In this document: one piece after another, positions 13,876-27,794 of the stretch
How positions within the stretch are numbered: the first letter of the stretch is position 1
How the letters are laid out: the number at the start of each line of letters is the position of its first letter
Assembly (NCBI GenBank): GCA_000004695.1
Contig: CM000150.2
Coordinates: 1,152,001 to 1,216,000 of the forward strand
Direction: 5' to 3'
DNA length: 64,000 nucleotides
Source: Dictyostelium discoideum
Taxonomy: Eukaryota
Made by a program: the position numbers and the translations under genes
Notes under the pieces: generated by a model
Databases searched by the model: none
What the model was told of the DNA's origin: nothing
Seen by the model: the letters and a program-made list of their open reading frames with translations, nothing else

Positions 13876-16645
13876 TGATATAAAGCAATTAAAACGAAAA
13901 ATATTGGTGGTAAAGAGATAAACTTTTACAACAATTAATTTTAAAAAATAAATAAAAAAAAAAAAAAAAATTTAATAATAAAAAATTATAAAAAAAATAA
14001 AAAAAAATAAAAAAAAAAAAAAAAAAAAAAAAAAATTAAAATAATTTTTAAAAAAAAAAAAACACACACAAAAAATTTTATTTTATACTAATATATATAT
14101 ATTTTATATTAAAACATTTCATTTTTTTTTTATTTTTTTTTTTATTTATTTTATTATTTTTTTTTTTTTTTTAAAAAAAATTGGAGCATCGCGATGGTTT
14201 TGGTGGGAACTTATAACCAGAACGTTTGGAATTCATTTCCCTAACTCTCTAAAATCTCTAATGTTTTTCTTAAACATTTAATTTTGTCTAATTATTAATA
14301 AATAAAAAAAATAAAAAAATAAAAAAAATTAAAACTAATAAATAATAAAAATAAATAAATAAATATTTACCTTTTTATCTATATAATTCTGTTTGAAAAG
14401 TTTTCTCTGCAAAATAGACATGAGTGCAATGACAATTTTGGAGTAAAGAATTTGCTAACTCCAAAGCTAATTAAATAACTCTTGATCTATCTTTTAACTT
14501 TTTTGTAACCTGTCTAACAACTCTTGCACTTTAAATTAAAGTTTAGATTAATTATGTATACCTATTTAATAATAAAAAAAATTAGTAATTATTTTTAAAG
14601 ATTATTAGATGATAAATTGATAATCAAAAATAACAATAAAAAAAAAAAATTATAAAAAAATTGAAATTTTTAAAAAAATTATAAAAAGAAATAATGCTTC
14701 AATCAATTTACATTTTATTTTTGTTAACTATACCACTACCCTATTATTATGGGTGAAAAAAAAAATTGGTTTAAGCATTATTTCTTTTTATAATTTTTTT
14801 TAATTGGAACCTTTTTCATGTTTCCAAAAAGAGTTGCAAATATTGCTCCAGTTTACAAAAACATAAAGCAAGAGGTGTTTATATGGAGTATGAAACTATA
14901 AAGATGGCGTGTAAAGAATTAAAATTTAATATTTGTGCTGATCATTCAACACCTAAACAATAAATCGAATTTTTAAATTTTTCAAATGTTATAATCCAGA
15001 ATTTTGGGATCATCTTTTAGAAATTAATAAATATTTAAAATTTGATCTTTCAAAATTAGTAGTGTGGACTAATGGTTTTTAATTAAAATCAGTTTTATAG
15101 TATAAAGAAATTAGAGATTTTATGTTTAATTTCGATCCAACTGACCAACCAACTGATCAACATTTACTTCAACTACCAACTGATCCACATCCACTTCAAC
15201 AACCAATTGATCCACATCCACCTCCACAACCAAACAATAATCTACCTTTCCTCAACAACCATACAATAATCTACATTTACCCCAACAACCAACTGACCCA
15301 CATTCACAACCAATAATTAATCCACCACCTAGACAACGATATTATTATTATGAAAATTATAAACCAGTTAATAAACCTTTGGAACTTGAATATCTAACCA
15401 TTGCAGTTGATCGTAATTTCAAAAACTTTTTTTCTGTAACAAATAAATATTAAAACCAAACTCGTCTATCAAAACATCAAATGATATTATCGATACTATT
15501 TTAGTAATTATAATGTTCAACTTGTAAACGAATGTAACACAAATGTAGGTATAGGTATACACGTATTTTGAAGTAGATTTATTTTTTTTTATCATTTACT
15601 ATTATTATTAATATTAATATTAATATTATACTAATATGATCCTATACTATATAGAATTGTTGTATTTGTGTAGCTTGCTCTGATCCTTTAATCTATCAAC
15701 ACTTTGATATGCCTCAGTGTTATGAACAAAGAATAGTACAACAATTTGTTAAAGTCGACCCCAAATAATGATAGAGTCGTTACTTGTGAGTACCATGGAA
15801 GTTTACCTCGTGATTCAAATTCAAGTGCCAATATAATGAACGTAGGAGAAATGAAACGTTACTATCCAAAACATCACAACTATACTTTCGATCCATATTA
15901 TCATAACCAAAACTAAACTATGGATCTCCAATACTTAACTGTGTGTTTAATCGCCTCTGAAATGGGGTACTCATAGTCTTAAGACTGGTGCTGTTTAATA
16001 AAATAATTAAAAATACTATAAAAACAAACACACACACCATTATGTTTCCTTTAAAGAAAAAAGTTAAAGTGTTTTTATCACTACCATTAATATTTTAATT
16101 TTTTTTTTTTTTATAATTAATTTTTATTTGTAATTGAATATTAAAGAAAAATTAAAATAATTTTAATCATAATTACAATGATGGCAAAAATTTAATTACT
16201 AATTTAAATTTTTATTTTTAAATTAAGGACGGAAAAAAAAAAAAAAAAAAAAAACAAAAATGGAAATTTTATTTTAGATTCATTAATTAGCTTAATATGG
16301 AAATGATCAATTGTTAAAAATAAAATTCAAATAAACCCAAAAAATCTATTTATTTTATTTTTATTTTTTTTATTTTTTTTTTTTAGTTTATTTATTTTAC
16401 TTTAAATTTTTTATTTTTTTTTGGATGTCATCGATTTGTTTTTTTATAATAAAGAAAGAAACAGGATTAATGGTTTAAGAGAAAGGAGGATTTTTTTTTT
16501 TTTTTTTTTTTTTAATGGTATTGTAAAATATTATTATTGTTATTGTTGTTATTATTATTATATTATTATTTGAAATATTATTTTTTATTTTATTTTATTT
16601 TATTTTTTAAATTTTTTTTTTTTTTTTTATTATTTTATTTTATTA

Positions 16646-18182
16646 TTATCTTAATAAACGGTCAATGGCCAAATTGATATTTCCATTAGTCGATGTTAAA
16701 GCAGAGATATTTGCAGCTCTATCAACAAAACCCAACTCCTCTAATTGTTCTAATTGTAACCTAAATCTTTGTTCTGGTGGTTCTTGATTAACTGGTGGTC
16801 TTGTAGTTGAGCTATTATTATTACCCATACCTCCCATACCTCCCATACCACCAAACATATTACCAAATTGACTGAAATCCATACCACCCATGCCACCCAT
16901 ACCACCCATACCACCCATACCACCCATTCCTCCCATACCACCTGGGAAAACACCATTATTTCGTAAGGTGCCCATTGCTTGTTGTAATTGCATCATTGCA
17001 TTCATATTTTCAGGATTTGTCATCATGTTTAAGAATTCTGGGTTATTCATTGCTTCTCTAAGTTGTGGATTTGAATCCATCATTTGTCTGAGTTGTGGAT
17101 TCATAGTGATCATTTGTTGCATCATTGCTGGATCTGACATTAATCTTTGCATCATTTGTTGAGCAACTGGGTTATTCAAGAGTTGTTGGACTCTTTCTGG
17201 ATCCATACCTAACATACCTTCCATACCACCCATACCACCCATTCCACCACCACCACCACCAAACATACTTGCCCATGGATTTGATGCACCTGTATTGTTT
17301 GTTGAACCTGTATTGTTTGTACCTGTATTGTTTGTACCACCACCCATACCACCACCGCCGCCGCTAAACATACTTGCCCATGGATTTGATGCACCTGTAT
17401 TTGTTGAGGAACCTGTGGTTGGTCTTGAAGATGGTGATGATGAAGTTGGATTAGAGGATGTTGATGATGAATTAGTTGACCATGGATTTGGTAATGGTTG
17501 AGAATTTGGATTTGCATCAGTATTGGTTTGAATTGGATTAGAGTTTGTTTGATTTTGACTTGCAGCTTGTTGATTTGCAGCGTTCATTAATGGTTCTTGA
17601 ATGTCTGTATACATTCTTCTTAGGAGGTTAAAACCCTCTGGATGATTTTCAATATTAATCATTGCTCTATCGGCATTTCTCATCATTTCTCTCATGAGCT
17701 CTGGATTTCTCATCATTTCCAATGATTGACGTAATTGTCTTGGATCGCTTAACATTTGTGCCATCTCTGGATTATTGTTTAAAACTTCTCTCATCTCTGG
17801 ATTACCCATCATCATATCTCTAAATATATCTGGATTATCAAGTAAACTATCCATCATTCTAGAGTTGAACATTTCTTGAATCATTGGATTATTCATCATA
17901 TCATTAATATTTTGTGGTACACCTGGAATTCCTTGTGGTTGTGTATTTGATGGTGTTGGTACTTGTTGTTCAACTGGTGGTGGTGGTGGTGGAGCTGCAC
18001 CTTTAACTAAATGAACTGTATGACCATCTTGGATTTCTAAAATTTTTAAAAAAAAAATAATAATAAAAATAAATAAAAAAAAAAATAAAAAAGTTTTAAT
18101 ATAAAAATATATATTAGTATAAAATAAAATAAAAATTATTATCCAATAATTGTATAGAATATTTTTTTTTTTTTTTTATTTA

Positions 18183-18260
<78 letters not shown>

Positions 18261-18444
18261 TACTAATTTCATCTAAAGTTTGATGATCTTTTAAAATTCT
18301 ACCAGAATAAATAATTCTTTGTTGATCTGCTGGTATACTACATTTAGTTGCAATCACCTTTTTGAAATCTGCAACTGTGATTCCTAACTCGACATCAACA
18401 TCAAATTTATTGTCTGTAGATGATTTAATATTAATTTTAACCAT
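16646..18444 (-). CDS. ubqln: ubiquilin (UBL domain - STI1 repeats - UBA domain), 2 exons, 523 aa
   Basis: Exons 18264..18444 (donor gtaagt) and 16646..18036 (acceptor ttttag); the 227-nt intron holds an A44 tract. UBL: MVKINIKSSTDNKFDVDVELGITVADFKKVIA...QQRIIYSGRILKDHQTLDEIKIQDGHTVHLV. Repeated NPE(M/L)..M(M/L) STI1 motifs. C-terminal UBA: EQRFRLQLEQLEELGFVDRAANISALTSTNGNINLAIDRLL. Confidence 0.85.
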
Positions 18445-18990
18445 TATTTATTCTTTTTTTTTTAATTTTTATACAATGTTACTTCTTATTGTGTGTTGTT
18501 ATTGTTGCTATTATTGCTGTTATTGTTAAATGTTATTATTTATAATATATAAAAAAAAAAAATTTATGTTTATGCTTTTTTTTATTTTTTTTATTTTTTT
18601 TATTTTTTTTTTTATTTTTATTTTTATTTTTTTATTATTTTTTTTTTTATATACAATTAATCTACAAATCTCTTTTTATTAATTCTTTATATTTCTTTAA
18701 TTATTTTTTTTTAAATTTAAATTTGTTAATATATATTTAATTATCAACAAAGGGGAAGGGGTGAAATAAAAAAAGAAAAAAAATAAAAAAAAAAAAAAAA
18801 TTTTTAAAAATTAAAAATTTGTGTGAAATTGTTTTTTTATTTTTTTTTTATTTTTATTTTATTTTTTTTTATTTTTTTTTTTTATTTTTAATTTTTTTTA
18901 TTTTTACCAATTTATTGGTGTTTTTCTGGATTTTCATTTTCATTTTTTTTTTTTTTTCTGAGTCGAAATGAGATTTCTTTTTTTTTTTAA

Positions 18991-20151
18991 TTACCATGAT
19001 TCATCATCATCATCATCGTCATCATCTGCATCGTCATAATTTCTTATTGATGGTGGTGCTGGAATAAAAAGATCAGTTGGTGGTGCTGGTATCATTATAT
19101 CATCCATTTGAGGTGGTTTTGGTATTGAAATTGAGTTATCGTCATCGTCATCATCATCATCATCATCATCGTCGTCATCTTTATTATTATTATTATTACT
19201 ATAACTATTACTATTACTATTATTATTTCCACTCATTACCATCATTGAAGGTGGGGCGGGTATTGAAAGTGATGGACCTTCATCATCGTCATCATCATCA
19301 TCTGAATTATTATTTGCACCTGAAAATGGTGGTGGTGGGACTGGTATTGATGAGGTTGTTGTTGGTGGTGGTGGTGGTTGTGGTGATGGTGATTGTGGTT
19401 GTGGTTGTGGTGGTTGTGGATTTCTTTGTTGTTTTTTCATTGCTAAAACTGCTGCTAAATTATCCATTAATGATTGTGATGATGGTAATGTTGGCATTGG
19501 AGGTGGTGGTGGTGCTTGAGAAGAAGTTTCATCATCATCATCTTCATCATCTCTATTATTATTATTTTTATCATTATTATTATTATCTTCATCGTCATCA
19601 TCTGATTCTTGTGTACTATTTATTAATTTAGAAAAAAAAAAAAAATAAAAGAAAAATGTAATATTAGTAAATGAGTAACCAACCATGGGTATATTGGTAA
19701 AAAACAAATACTTTTGTTGTGTTGCTGGTGGAGGTGGTATATTAGATTTTGAAATAGGTGGTGGGGGTGGTGGTGGTGGTGGAGGTGGGACACCAGTCAT
19801 AGGTGGTGGAGGTGGTGGTGGTGGTGGTGGAATATTTGAAGAGGTTGTTGCTGCTGCTGTTGGTGGTGGTGGTGTATTTTGTTGAGTTGTTGGTTGGGTA
19901 TTATGTACAGGTACGTTTGCAGAGGATGGTAATGATTCTAATCCATCGATTGATCCTAATTTAATCTCTAAAAGTGACATTGTAATCTCTAACTTTTGTA
20001 AATGATTTGATATATCGCATAGTTTTTGTTCACATAGATAATTGAATCTATTTAAAAATTGTGTTGTGTTTATAACGAAATTATTCACATATGCTAATGT
20101 CTTTTTATTTGATATTGAGTTAACATCTCTATAATCGACATAAACCTGCAT
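18991..20151 (-). CDS. WASH complex subunit 3 (CCDC53) homolog, probably 2 exons (354 aa)
   Basis: N-terminal KKTLAYVNNFVINTTQFLNRFNYLCEQKLCDISNHLQKLEITMSLLEIKLGSIDGL aligns with human CCDC53 TVAFLNQFVVHTVQFLNRFSTVCEEKLADLSLRIQQIETTLNILDAKLSSIPGL. Poly-Pro and acidic tracts follow. Proposed exons 19712..20151 and 18991..19615. The 96-nt intron 19616..19711 (gtatttg..aatag) is in frame and stop-free, so read-through is also possible. Confidence 0.65.
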   Translation of the reverse strand: MQVYVDYRDVNSISNKKTLAYVNNFVINTTQFLNRFNYLCEQKLCDISNHLQKLEITMSLLEIKLGSIDGLESLPSSANVPVHNTQPTTQQNTPPPPTAAATTSSNIPPPPPPPPPPMTGVPPPPPPPPPPPISKSNIPPPPATQQKYLFFTNIPMVGYSFTNITFFFYFFFFSKLINSTQESDDDDEDNNNNDKNNNNRDDEDDDDETSSQAPPPPPMPTLPSSQSLMDNLAAVLAMKKQQRNPQPPQPQPQSPSPQPPPPPTTTSSIPVPPPPFSGANNNSDDDDDDDEGPSLSIPAPPSMMVMSGNNNSNSNSYSNNNNNKDDDDDDDDDDDDDDNSISIPKPPQMDDIMIPAPPTDLFIPAPPSIRNYDDADDDDDDDDESW

Positions 20152-20441
20152 TTTATTATTGTTTTATTTATTAAAATTTTTATTCAATAAATATTAATAC
20201 AACAATAACTACAACAAAAAAAAATAAAAATAATAAGAAAATATAAAAAAAAAAATAAAAAAATAAAAAAATAAAAAATAAAAAAAAAAAATAAAAAAAG
20301 TTTTTTTTTTTTTTTTTTTTTATTTTTCAACTTTTCTTTTGATTTTTTTTTTTTTTTTTGTGTTGGTTTTGGGTAACTTTTTAATAGTATTTCTAAATAA
20401 AGAATGTTGGTAAAAATCCATCATTTGTGTTTTGGCTAGAA

Positions 20442-20473
<32 letters not shown>

Positions 20474-20560
20474 AAGTAAAATAATAACAAAATAAAAAAT
20501 TGTTTCACAAAAGGGAGAAAATTTTAAATGTATTTATTTATTTTTTTTTTTTTTTTTTAA

Positions 20561-20668
20561 ATTGTCTCACAACCAAGGTTGTCATTTTTTTTTTTTTTTT
20601 TAAATAGTCTTGCAACCTAGGTTTTCATTTTTTTTTTTTCAAAATAGTCTCACAACCTAGGTTGTCAT
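20561..20668. promoter_or_regulatory. three tandem ~40-bp units (ATWGTCTYRCAACCWAGGTTKTCAT + T12-17); unit 3 carries the perfect palindrome ACAACCTAGGTTGT
   Basis: Units at 20561-20585, 20604-20628 and 20644-20668, in the divergent intergenic region between the CCDC53-like gene (start 20151, minus) and copE (start 20814, plus). Palindrome plus T-run is read from the sequence; a regulatory role is inferred. Confidence 0.35.
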
Positions 20669-20813
20669 TTTTTTTTTTTTTTAATTTTTTTTTTTTTTTT
20701 CAAAATTAAATTTTTTTTTTTTTTTTTTTTTTTTTTTGAAAATTTTTTTTATTTATAATTATATTTGGGTATAATTTAATTTATTTTTAAAAAAAAAAAG
20801 AAAAAGAAAGAAA

Positions 20814-21875
20814 ATGTCAGATGATATATTATTTGAATCAAAGAATTATTTCTATTTAGGGAATTATCAATCAACAATTAATGAAATTAATAAAAAGAGT
20901 AGACAAATTATAGAGAAATCATTGAAAGCAGAATCAGATTATTTCTTATATCGTTGTTATATCGCTCAAGGTAATTATGATTTAGTTTTACAAGAGACTA
21001 AAAACAATAGAGGATCAGGTGAAGATCCAACAATTGCAGGATTACAATTGTTAGCATCATATCTATCGAAACCAGATGAAAATCGTGAAGGTACTCTAAT
21101 TACAATCACTCAATGGATAAGTGATGGTGTTGTTAAATTCAATTATCATCTTCAAGTCATCATTGCAACCATATATTTCAATGAACAATTATACGATGAA
21201 GCATTACAAATCTTAAATAATTGTGATCATATCGAAGGTTTATCAATGTTAATTCAAATATTTTTAAAAATTGATCGTTTAGATCTCGCTCAAAAAGCTT
21301 ACGATACTATGAAAAAAATCATTGATCCAGATGCAACACCTGCTTTATTATCATTAGCTTGGATTAATATTTATAATGTAAAATTTTTTAAAAAAAAAAA
21401 AATTAAAAAAAAAAAAAAAAAAAATTTACTAATTTAAATTTTTTTTTTTTTTTTTTAGGGTGAAGAAAAATTAAAATCAGCACTTTCAAGTTTTGAAGAA
21501 ATGGCAGAAAGATATGGTCCAACACCATTATTATTAAATGGTCAAGCTGTATGTGCAATTGGAATGAAAAGATTTGAAAAAGCAGAATCATTATTATTGG
21601 AATCAATTGAAAAGAATCCAAAGAATTCTGATACTCTTGCAAATCTTATCAATTGTTATATTAATATGAAAAAACCAAATGAAATCATTCAAAGATTTAT
21701 AAAGTAAATTTTATTTTTTCTATTTTTTTATTTTTTTAACTAAATTTATTAACAAATTTTTTTTTTTTTTTTTTTTTATAGTCAACTTAAAACTTTATCA
21801 CCAAAACATGATTGGACATCAGCAGTTAATGAAGCTGAAGCTTTATTTGAAGTTTCTAAATCAAGATTTAATTAA
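20814..21875 (+). CDS. copE: coatomer (COPI) epsilon subunit, 3 exons, 300 aa
   Basis: Exons 20814..21377, 21459..21703, 21782..21875. Collinear with human COPE: FYLGNYQSTINE / FYIGSYQQCINE; FLYRCYIAQGNYDLVL / FLYRAYLAQRKFGVVL; LKIDRLDLAQKAYDTMKK / LKLDRLDLARKELKRMQ; GPTPLLLNGQAVC / SPTLLLLNGQAAC; FIKSQLK tail. Confidence 0.85.
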
Positions 21876-21989
21876 TGTTTTATATATATATATTTAAATA
21901 AAAAAAATAAAAAAATAAAAAAATAAAAAGTGGAATAGTAAAAAAAAAAAAAAAAAAAGTGTTTATTTTTATTTTATTTTTTATTTAAA

Positions 21990-22039
21990 TTACAATTCAT
22001 TTTTAACTTTTTTAGATTTTTTATTACTATTTGAAGAAA

Positions 22040-22070
<31 letters not shown>

Positions 22071-22780
22071 TTCCAAGAATTCAATTAAAGAATTAACAGA
22101 ACGATCACCATTATATTTATCAACATTTTTACCATCTTTGAAAAAGTAGATATTTGGATAACTTTCAATTTTAAATTTTTCACATACTTTCTGTGAAACA
22201 CCACAATCAACAGCAGCTAATGAACCAATGTTTTTCTCAATTGCAATTTGAGAAGCTTCACCAAATGCAGGTTTCATCTTTGTACAATGACCACAACCAG
22301 CTGTAAAAAACATTACTAAAACACCTTCTGGATGATTTGAAATGTATGATGAAAAATTACGAACATTTAAATGTGCAACTTGTGATTCAATATGACTCCA
22401 TGATCCCGGTCCTGTTGATGACTTAATTGGTGCTAATGGACTAATAAATTAAAATAAATAAATAAAAAAATAAATAAATATTAATATATATATTTTTTAT
22501 TAGAAAAAATTATTATTATAATCATTATTTAAAATTACTTTTCTAAGAATTTTTCAAAAGTTGATCTTGTTTTCTTTCCACCAAATTCAGCAATTTCAGC
22601 ACCTTTTTTATAATAAATAATAGTTGGAGTTGAATCAATTAAATGAGAATTTTTAACTTTAATATCTGTATCTAAATCTAAAACTCCAAATAATAATTCA
22701 TTATTTTCTTCTTCATAATATTGATCTGCAACTTTTAAAAATATATTTTGTAAAACTTTATCTGATTCCTTATCTATAGT

Positions 22781-22815
<35 letters not shown>

Positions 22816-23066
22816 AAAATTTTATCATATGTTAATAAAAAAGTAATATATTTTTTAAAAATTTTAATGAAATAATTACTTTTCCCATAATAAACAATTA
22901 CTGAAGGTTTTGAAGATGAAATGAATGAATTAATATTTTTACTTGATAATACTTGAACATTTGGGTGTTCAGAGAAATCAAATTCTCTACAATTTACATT
23001 TGAAATTATAAATGAAAATGTAACAATTGTTACAAAGAATATTAATAATATATTATTAAATTTCAT
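21990..23066 (-). CDS. protein disulfide isomerase-family protein (signal peptide; Trx-like domain; catalytic Trx domain with CGHC; C-terminal KNEL), 3 exons, 290 aa
   Basis: Exons 22880..23066 (donor gtaatt), 22539..22773 (donor gtaatt), 21990..22440. Signal peptide MKFNNILLIFFVTIVTFSFIISNVNC. Active site VLVMFFTAGCGHCTKMKPAF...YPNIYFFKDG. The C-terminus -KNEL resembles a K/HDEL-type ER retrieval signal. Confidence 0.65.
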
Positions 23067-23079
23067 TTTTTTAATTATG

Positions 23080-23113
<34 letters not shown>

Positions 23114-23130
23114 AAAATTAAAATTAAAAA

Positions 23131-23182
<52 letters not shown>

Positions 23183-23757
23183 AAAAAAAAAAAATTAATT
23201 AATCAAAGAAACACACATCCCTAAACTGAAAAATTAAAAACCCATTTTTTTTGTATTTATACTCTCAAAAATTTTTATATATTTTTTTTAGACCTCGAGG
23301 TATTTATTTCAAAATCATGTTTTACTTTTTTTTTTTTTGTAAAATAAATAAATGAAATAAGAAATTTATAAAAACTTTTGTTAAAAAAATAAAATAAAAA
23401 ATAAACAAATTCAACCAAAATTTTTTTTGTTCTTTAAAAAATTATATAATATGGGTGGTAAATAATTAAATTCTAAAAATTTTTCGTTTAGTGGAAAAAA
23501 AAAATTCAAAATTCAAAATTCAAACGATTACATTCATTTTTTTTTTTTTTACATTTTATATGATTTTGTGTATTTTTGTTGAGTACCCTATTTATCTATA
23601 CTAACTCTAAATTAAAAATAAAATTAAATCTTTTTTTAAAAAGGAAAATAAAAAAAAATAAAAAAAAAAACAAAATAAAAATAAAAATAATTTTTTAAGG
23701 TTTCAAGAGTTTTTTTCATTTTTTTTTTTTTTTTTTAATTTTAATTTTCAAAGCAAA

Positions 23758-25189
<1,432 letters not shown>

Positions 25190-25307
25190 AATAAAATCAT
25201 ATAAAAAAAAAAATAAAAAAATAAAAAATTTTTTATTTATTTATTTTTAAAATTGAAATATAAAGATTTATTATTTATTATTATTATTTATTATTATTTT
25301 ATTATTA

Positions 25308-26404
25308 TTACATTGGTGGAGGTGGTGGTGGGAAATCATTATGATCATAGAATTGAGATTGTGGACGAGCTGGTGGTGGTGGGAAATCATATGAGCCAAC
25401 TGGTGGTGGTGGTGGAGGTGGGAAATCATCACCAAGAGTTGGTGGTGGTGGTAAACCAAATGATGGTGGTGGTGGTAAATCTCCACCAGATGATGATGAT
25501 GATGGTGGTGGTGGTGGTGGGAAATCATTCGATGGGGCATTATTGTTTACAGAAGAAGGACGTTGTGAGGTTGGTGGTGGTGGTGGTACATTCATTACAG
25601 GTGGTGGTGGTGCGGCAGGTACTGATAATGATGGTGGTGGTGGAGCATTTCCAACTCTTGGTGGTTGTTTTTGAATTGGTGGTGGTGTACCAGATGAAAT
25701 GGTTGGTTGACTTGAATAAGATGGTGATTGATAGGATGGTGTGGATGAGTTTGAAGTTGATGATGCAGCCAAATGACCACTTGATGATGTTAAATTAGCT
25801 GATGAATTTGAATGATTCAATGGTGGTGGAACTCCATTTTGATTAATATCAGATGCACTAATACCATAAGAAATTGGTTTATGTACATATTTAACAGGTG
25901 CCTTTGTTGCTTCTGTATCAACTTTTCTATTCTTTAATGATGATTTATATGGTTTTGCTGCATCTTGATTTGAAAATACATTTGTACCAGTTGAATCATG
26001 AATCATTCTTACTCTCTTAAAAATTTTTTTTTTTTTTTTTTTTCAAAATTTATAAATTAATATGGAATTATATAAAGAATATACTTATATATATATATAT
26101 ATGATAAACTTACTTGTGTTAAAGTTTGAATTTCAATATTTAATTTCTCCATTTCATTTGTTTGTAATTGTAATAGGGAAGTGATATGAGTACCAACAGT
26201 TTGAATATGATATGCTACATTTAATAATGCATTCTTTGCATAACCTTGAGTTTGTTCATATGCTTGAGCTGCATCACCATTGGCATATAATGATTTACAA
26301 TAAGCTGAAATTTGCTCCATCTTATTATGATTATCCATTAATTCTGCCATTGCATTTGGAATTGTGGTTTGTGAATAAACGTTAATATCGATTGATTCAC
26401 TCAT
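25308..26404 (-). CDS. abiA: Abi (Abelson-interactor; SCAR/WAVE complex subunit), SH3-less, 2 exons, 332 aa
   Basis: Exons 26114..26404 (donor gtaagt) and 25308..26015 (acceptor ttttaag). ISAYCKSLYANGDAAQAYEQTQGYAKNALLNVAYHIQTVGTHITSLLQLQ aligns with the human ABI1 WAVE-binding/SNARE-like region. VKYVHKPISYGISASDI matches the Abi HHR motif VRYIRKPIDY. The C-terminus is proline-rich with no SH3 domain, as reported for Dictyostelium Abi. Confidence 0.75.
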
Positions 26405-26820
26405 TTTTTTATTTTTTTTATTTTTTTTTTTATTTTTTTATTTATTTATTTTGATTATTAAAAAAAAAAAAAAAAAAAAAAGGTTTGATATAATTTAAAT
26501 AAATATTATCTTTTTTTTTTAAATATATAAAAAAAAAAAAAACAAAATTTAAAAAGAATATCTAATAGAATACAAAGTTTGTGTGAGTGTAGTTTGATGA
26601 TGGAAAAAAAAAAAAAAAATAAAAAAAAAATTAAAAAAAAATTAAAAAAAAATTAAAAAAAAAAAAAAAAAAAAATTTTTTCACAAAAAAATTGGATTTT
26701 TTTTTTTAATGATAAACTATTTATTTTTTTCTTTTTCAATAATTTAATTTTATTTATTTTTAATTTGGAGTTAATATAGATAAATATAACCCTCCAAAAT
26801 CCACAAAATGATATGAAATA

Positions 26821-26852
<32 letters not shown>

Positions 26853-27369
26853 TGTTAATAAAAATTCTTTAAATCTATTTTTATTATTTTTTATTAGGCT
26901 CTGTTATTTTTAAATTTTATCCTCATTTGTTGTTTTTTTTTATTTTTTTATTTTAATTCCAAAAATAGATATATATTAATTTATAGTTCAATTGATAAAA
27001 AATAATCTTTTCCAAATTAAAAAAAAAAAAAATTTCTAAAAAACCTTTTTCCTTTTTTATTTTCCATAATAATTTAAAATCCTTTTTGAGAGCAAATCAA
27101 TAAAAATTAAAAATTTATTTGTCAAATTTTGAATGTTTTGTCAAAAATAATAACAAATTTTAAAAAAGTAATTTTTTATTTTTTAGATTAAAACTAATAA
27201 TTCCTCTAAAATTTTTCCCTCCAAATTTTTTAATTTTTTTTTTTTTAATTTTTTTTTTTCTGAAAATTAAAATGTCAGTTCTTTTTTTTTTTTTTTTTTT
27301 TTCCATTGGTTAATTATTGGTAATTTATTTCTTAATTTTATAAAGAGAGAATAATAATAATAATAGTAA

Positions 27370-27763
27370 ATGGCAGATAGTGTTACTATTGGACAGCTAG
27401 AGAAGCTATCAGTTCAATGCGATAAAGAGAATCAACATGTTGAAAATAAAGAGAATAATATTAATAGTGATAATATTAATTTATTAGAAGCCACTAAAAC
27501 AACATTACCAATTCCAAACACATCAAATACAAACCCACCAATGAATCAATCATCATCACCAACAACAACAACAACTACACCAACAACAACAACTACACCA
27601 ACCACTGCAGAACCAGCAAAAAAAAGAAAAATATTTGCAAAATTACATTTATTAAATAGAGATGGATCTGTTAAAAATTATTTCGAAATGAAAAAAACAA
27701 AACTTATAATTGGATCGTATGTTTTTTAATTTTTTTTAAAAATTTTTAACTTATTCATATGCT

Positions 27764-27794
<31 letters not shown>

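Noticed and set aside
15122-15316. 64-aa ORF MFNFDPTDQPTDQHLLQLPTDPHPL...
   Set aside because: Encoded by an imperfect DNA tandem repeat in a gene-free island, with no start context, intron or continuation. It is treated as repeat or transposon debris, not a gene.
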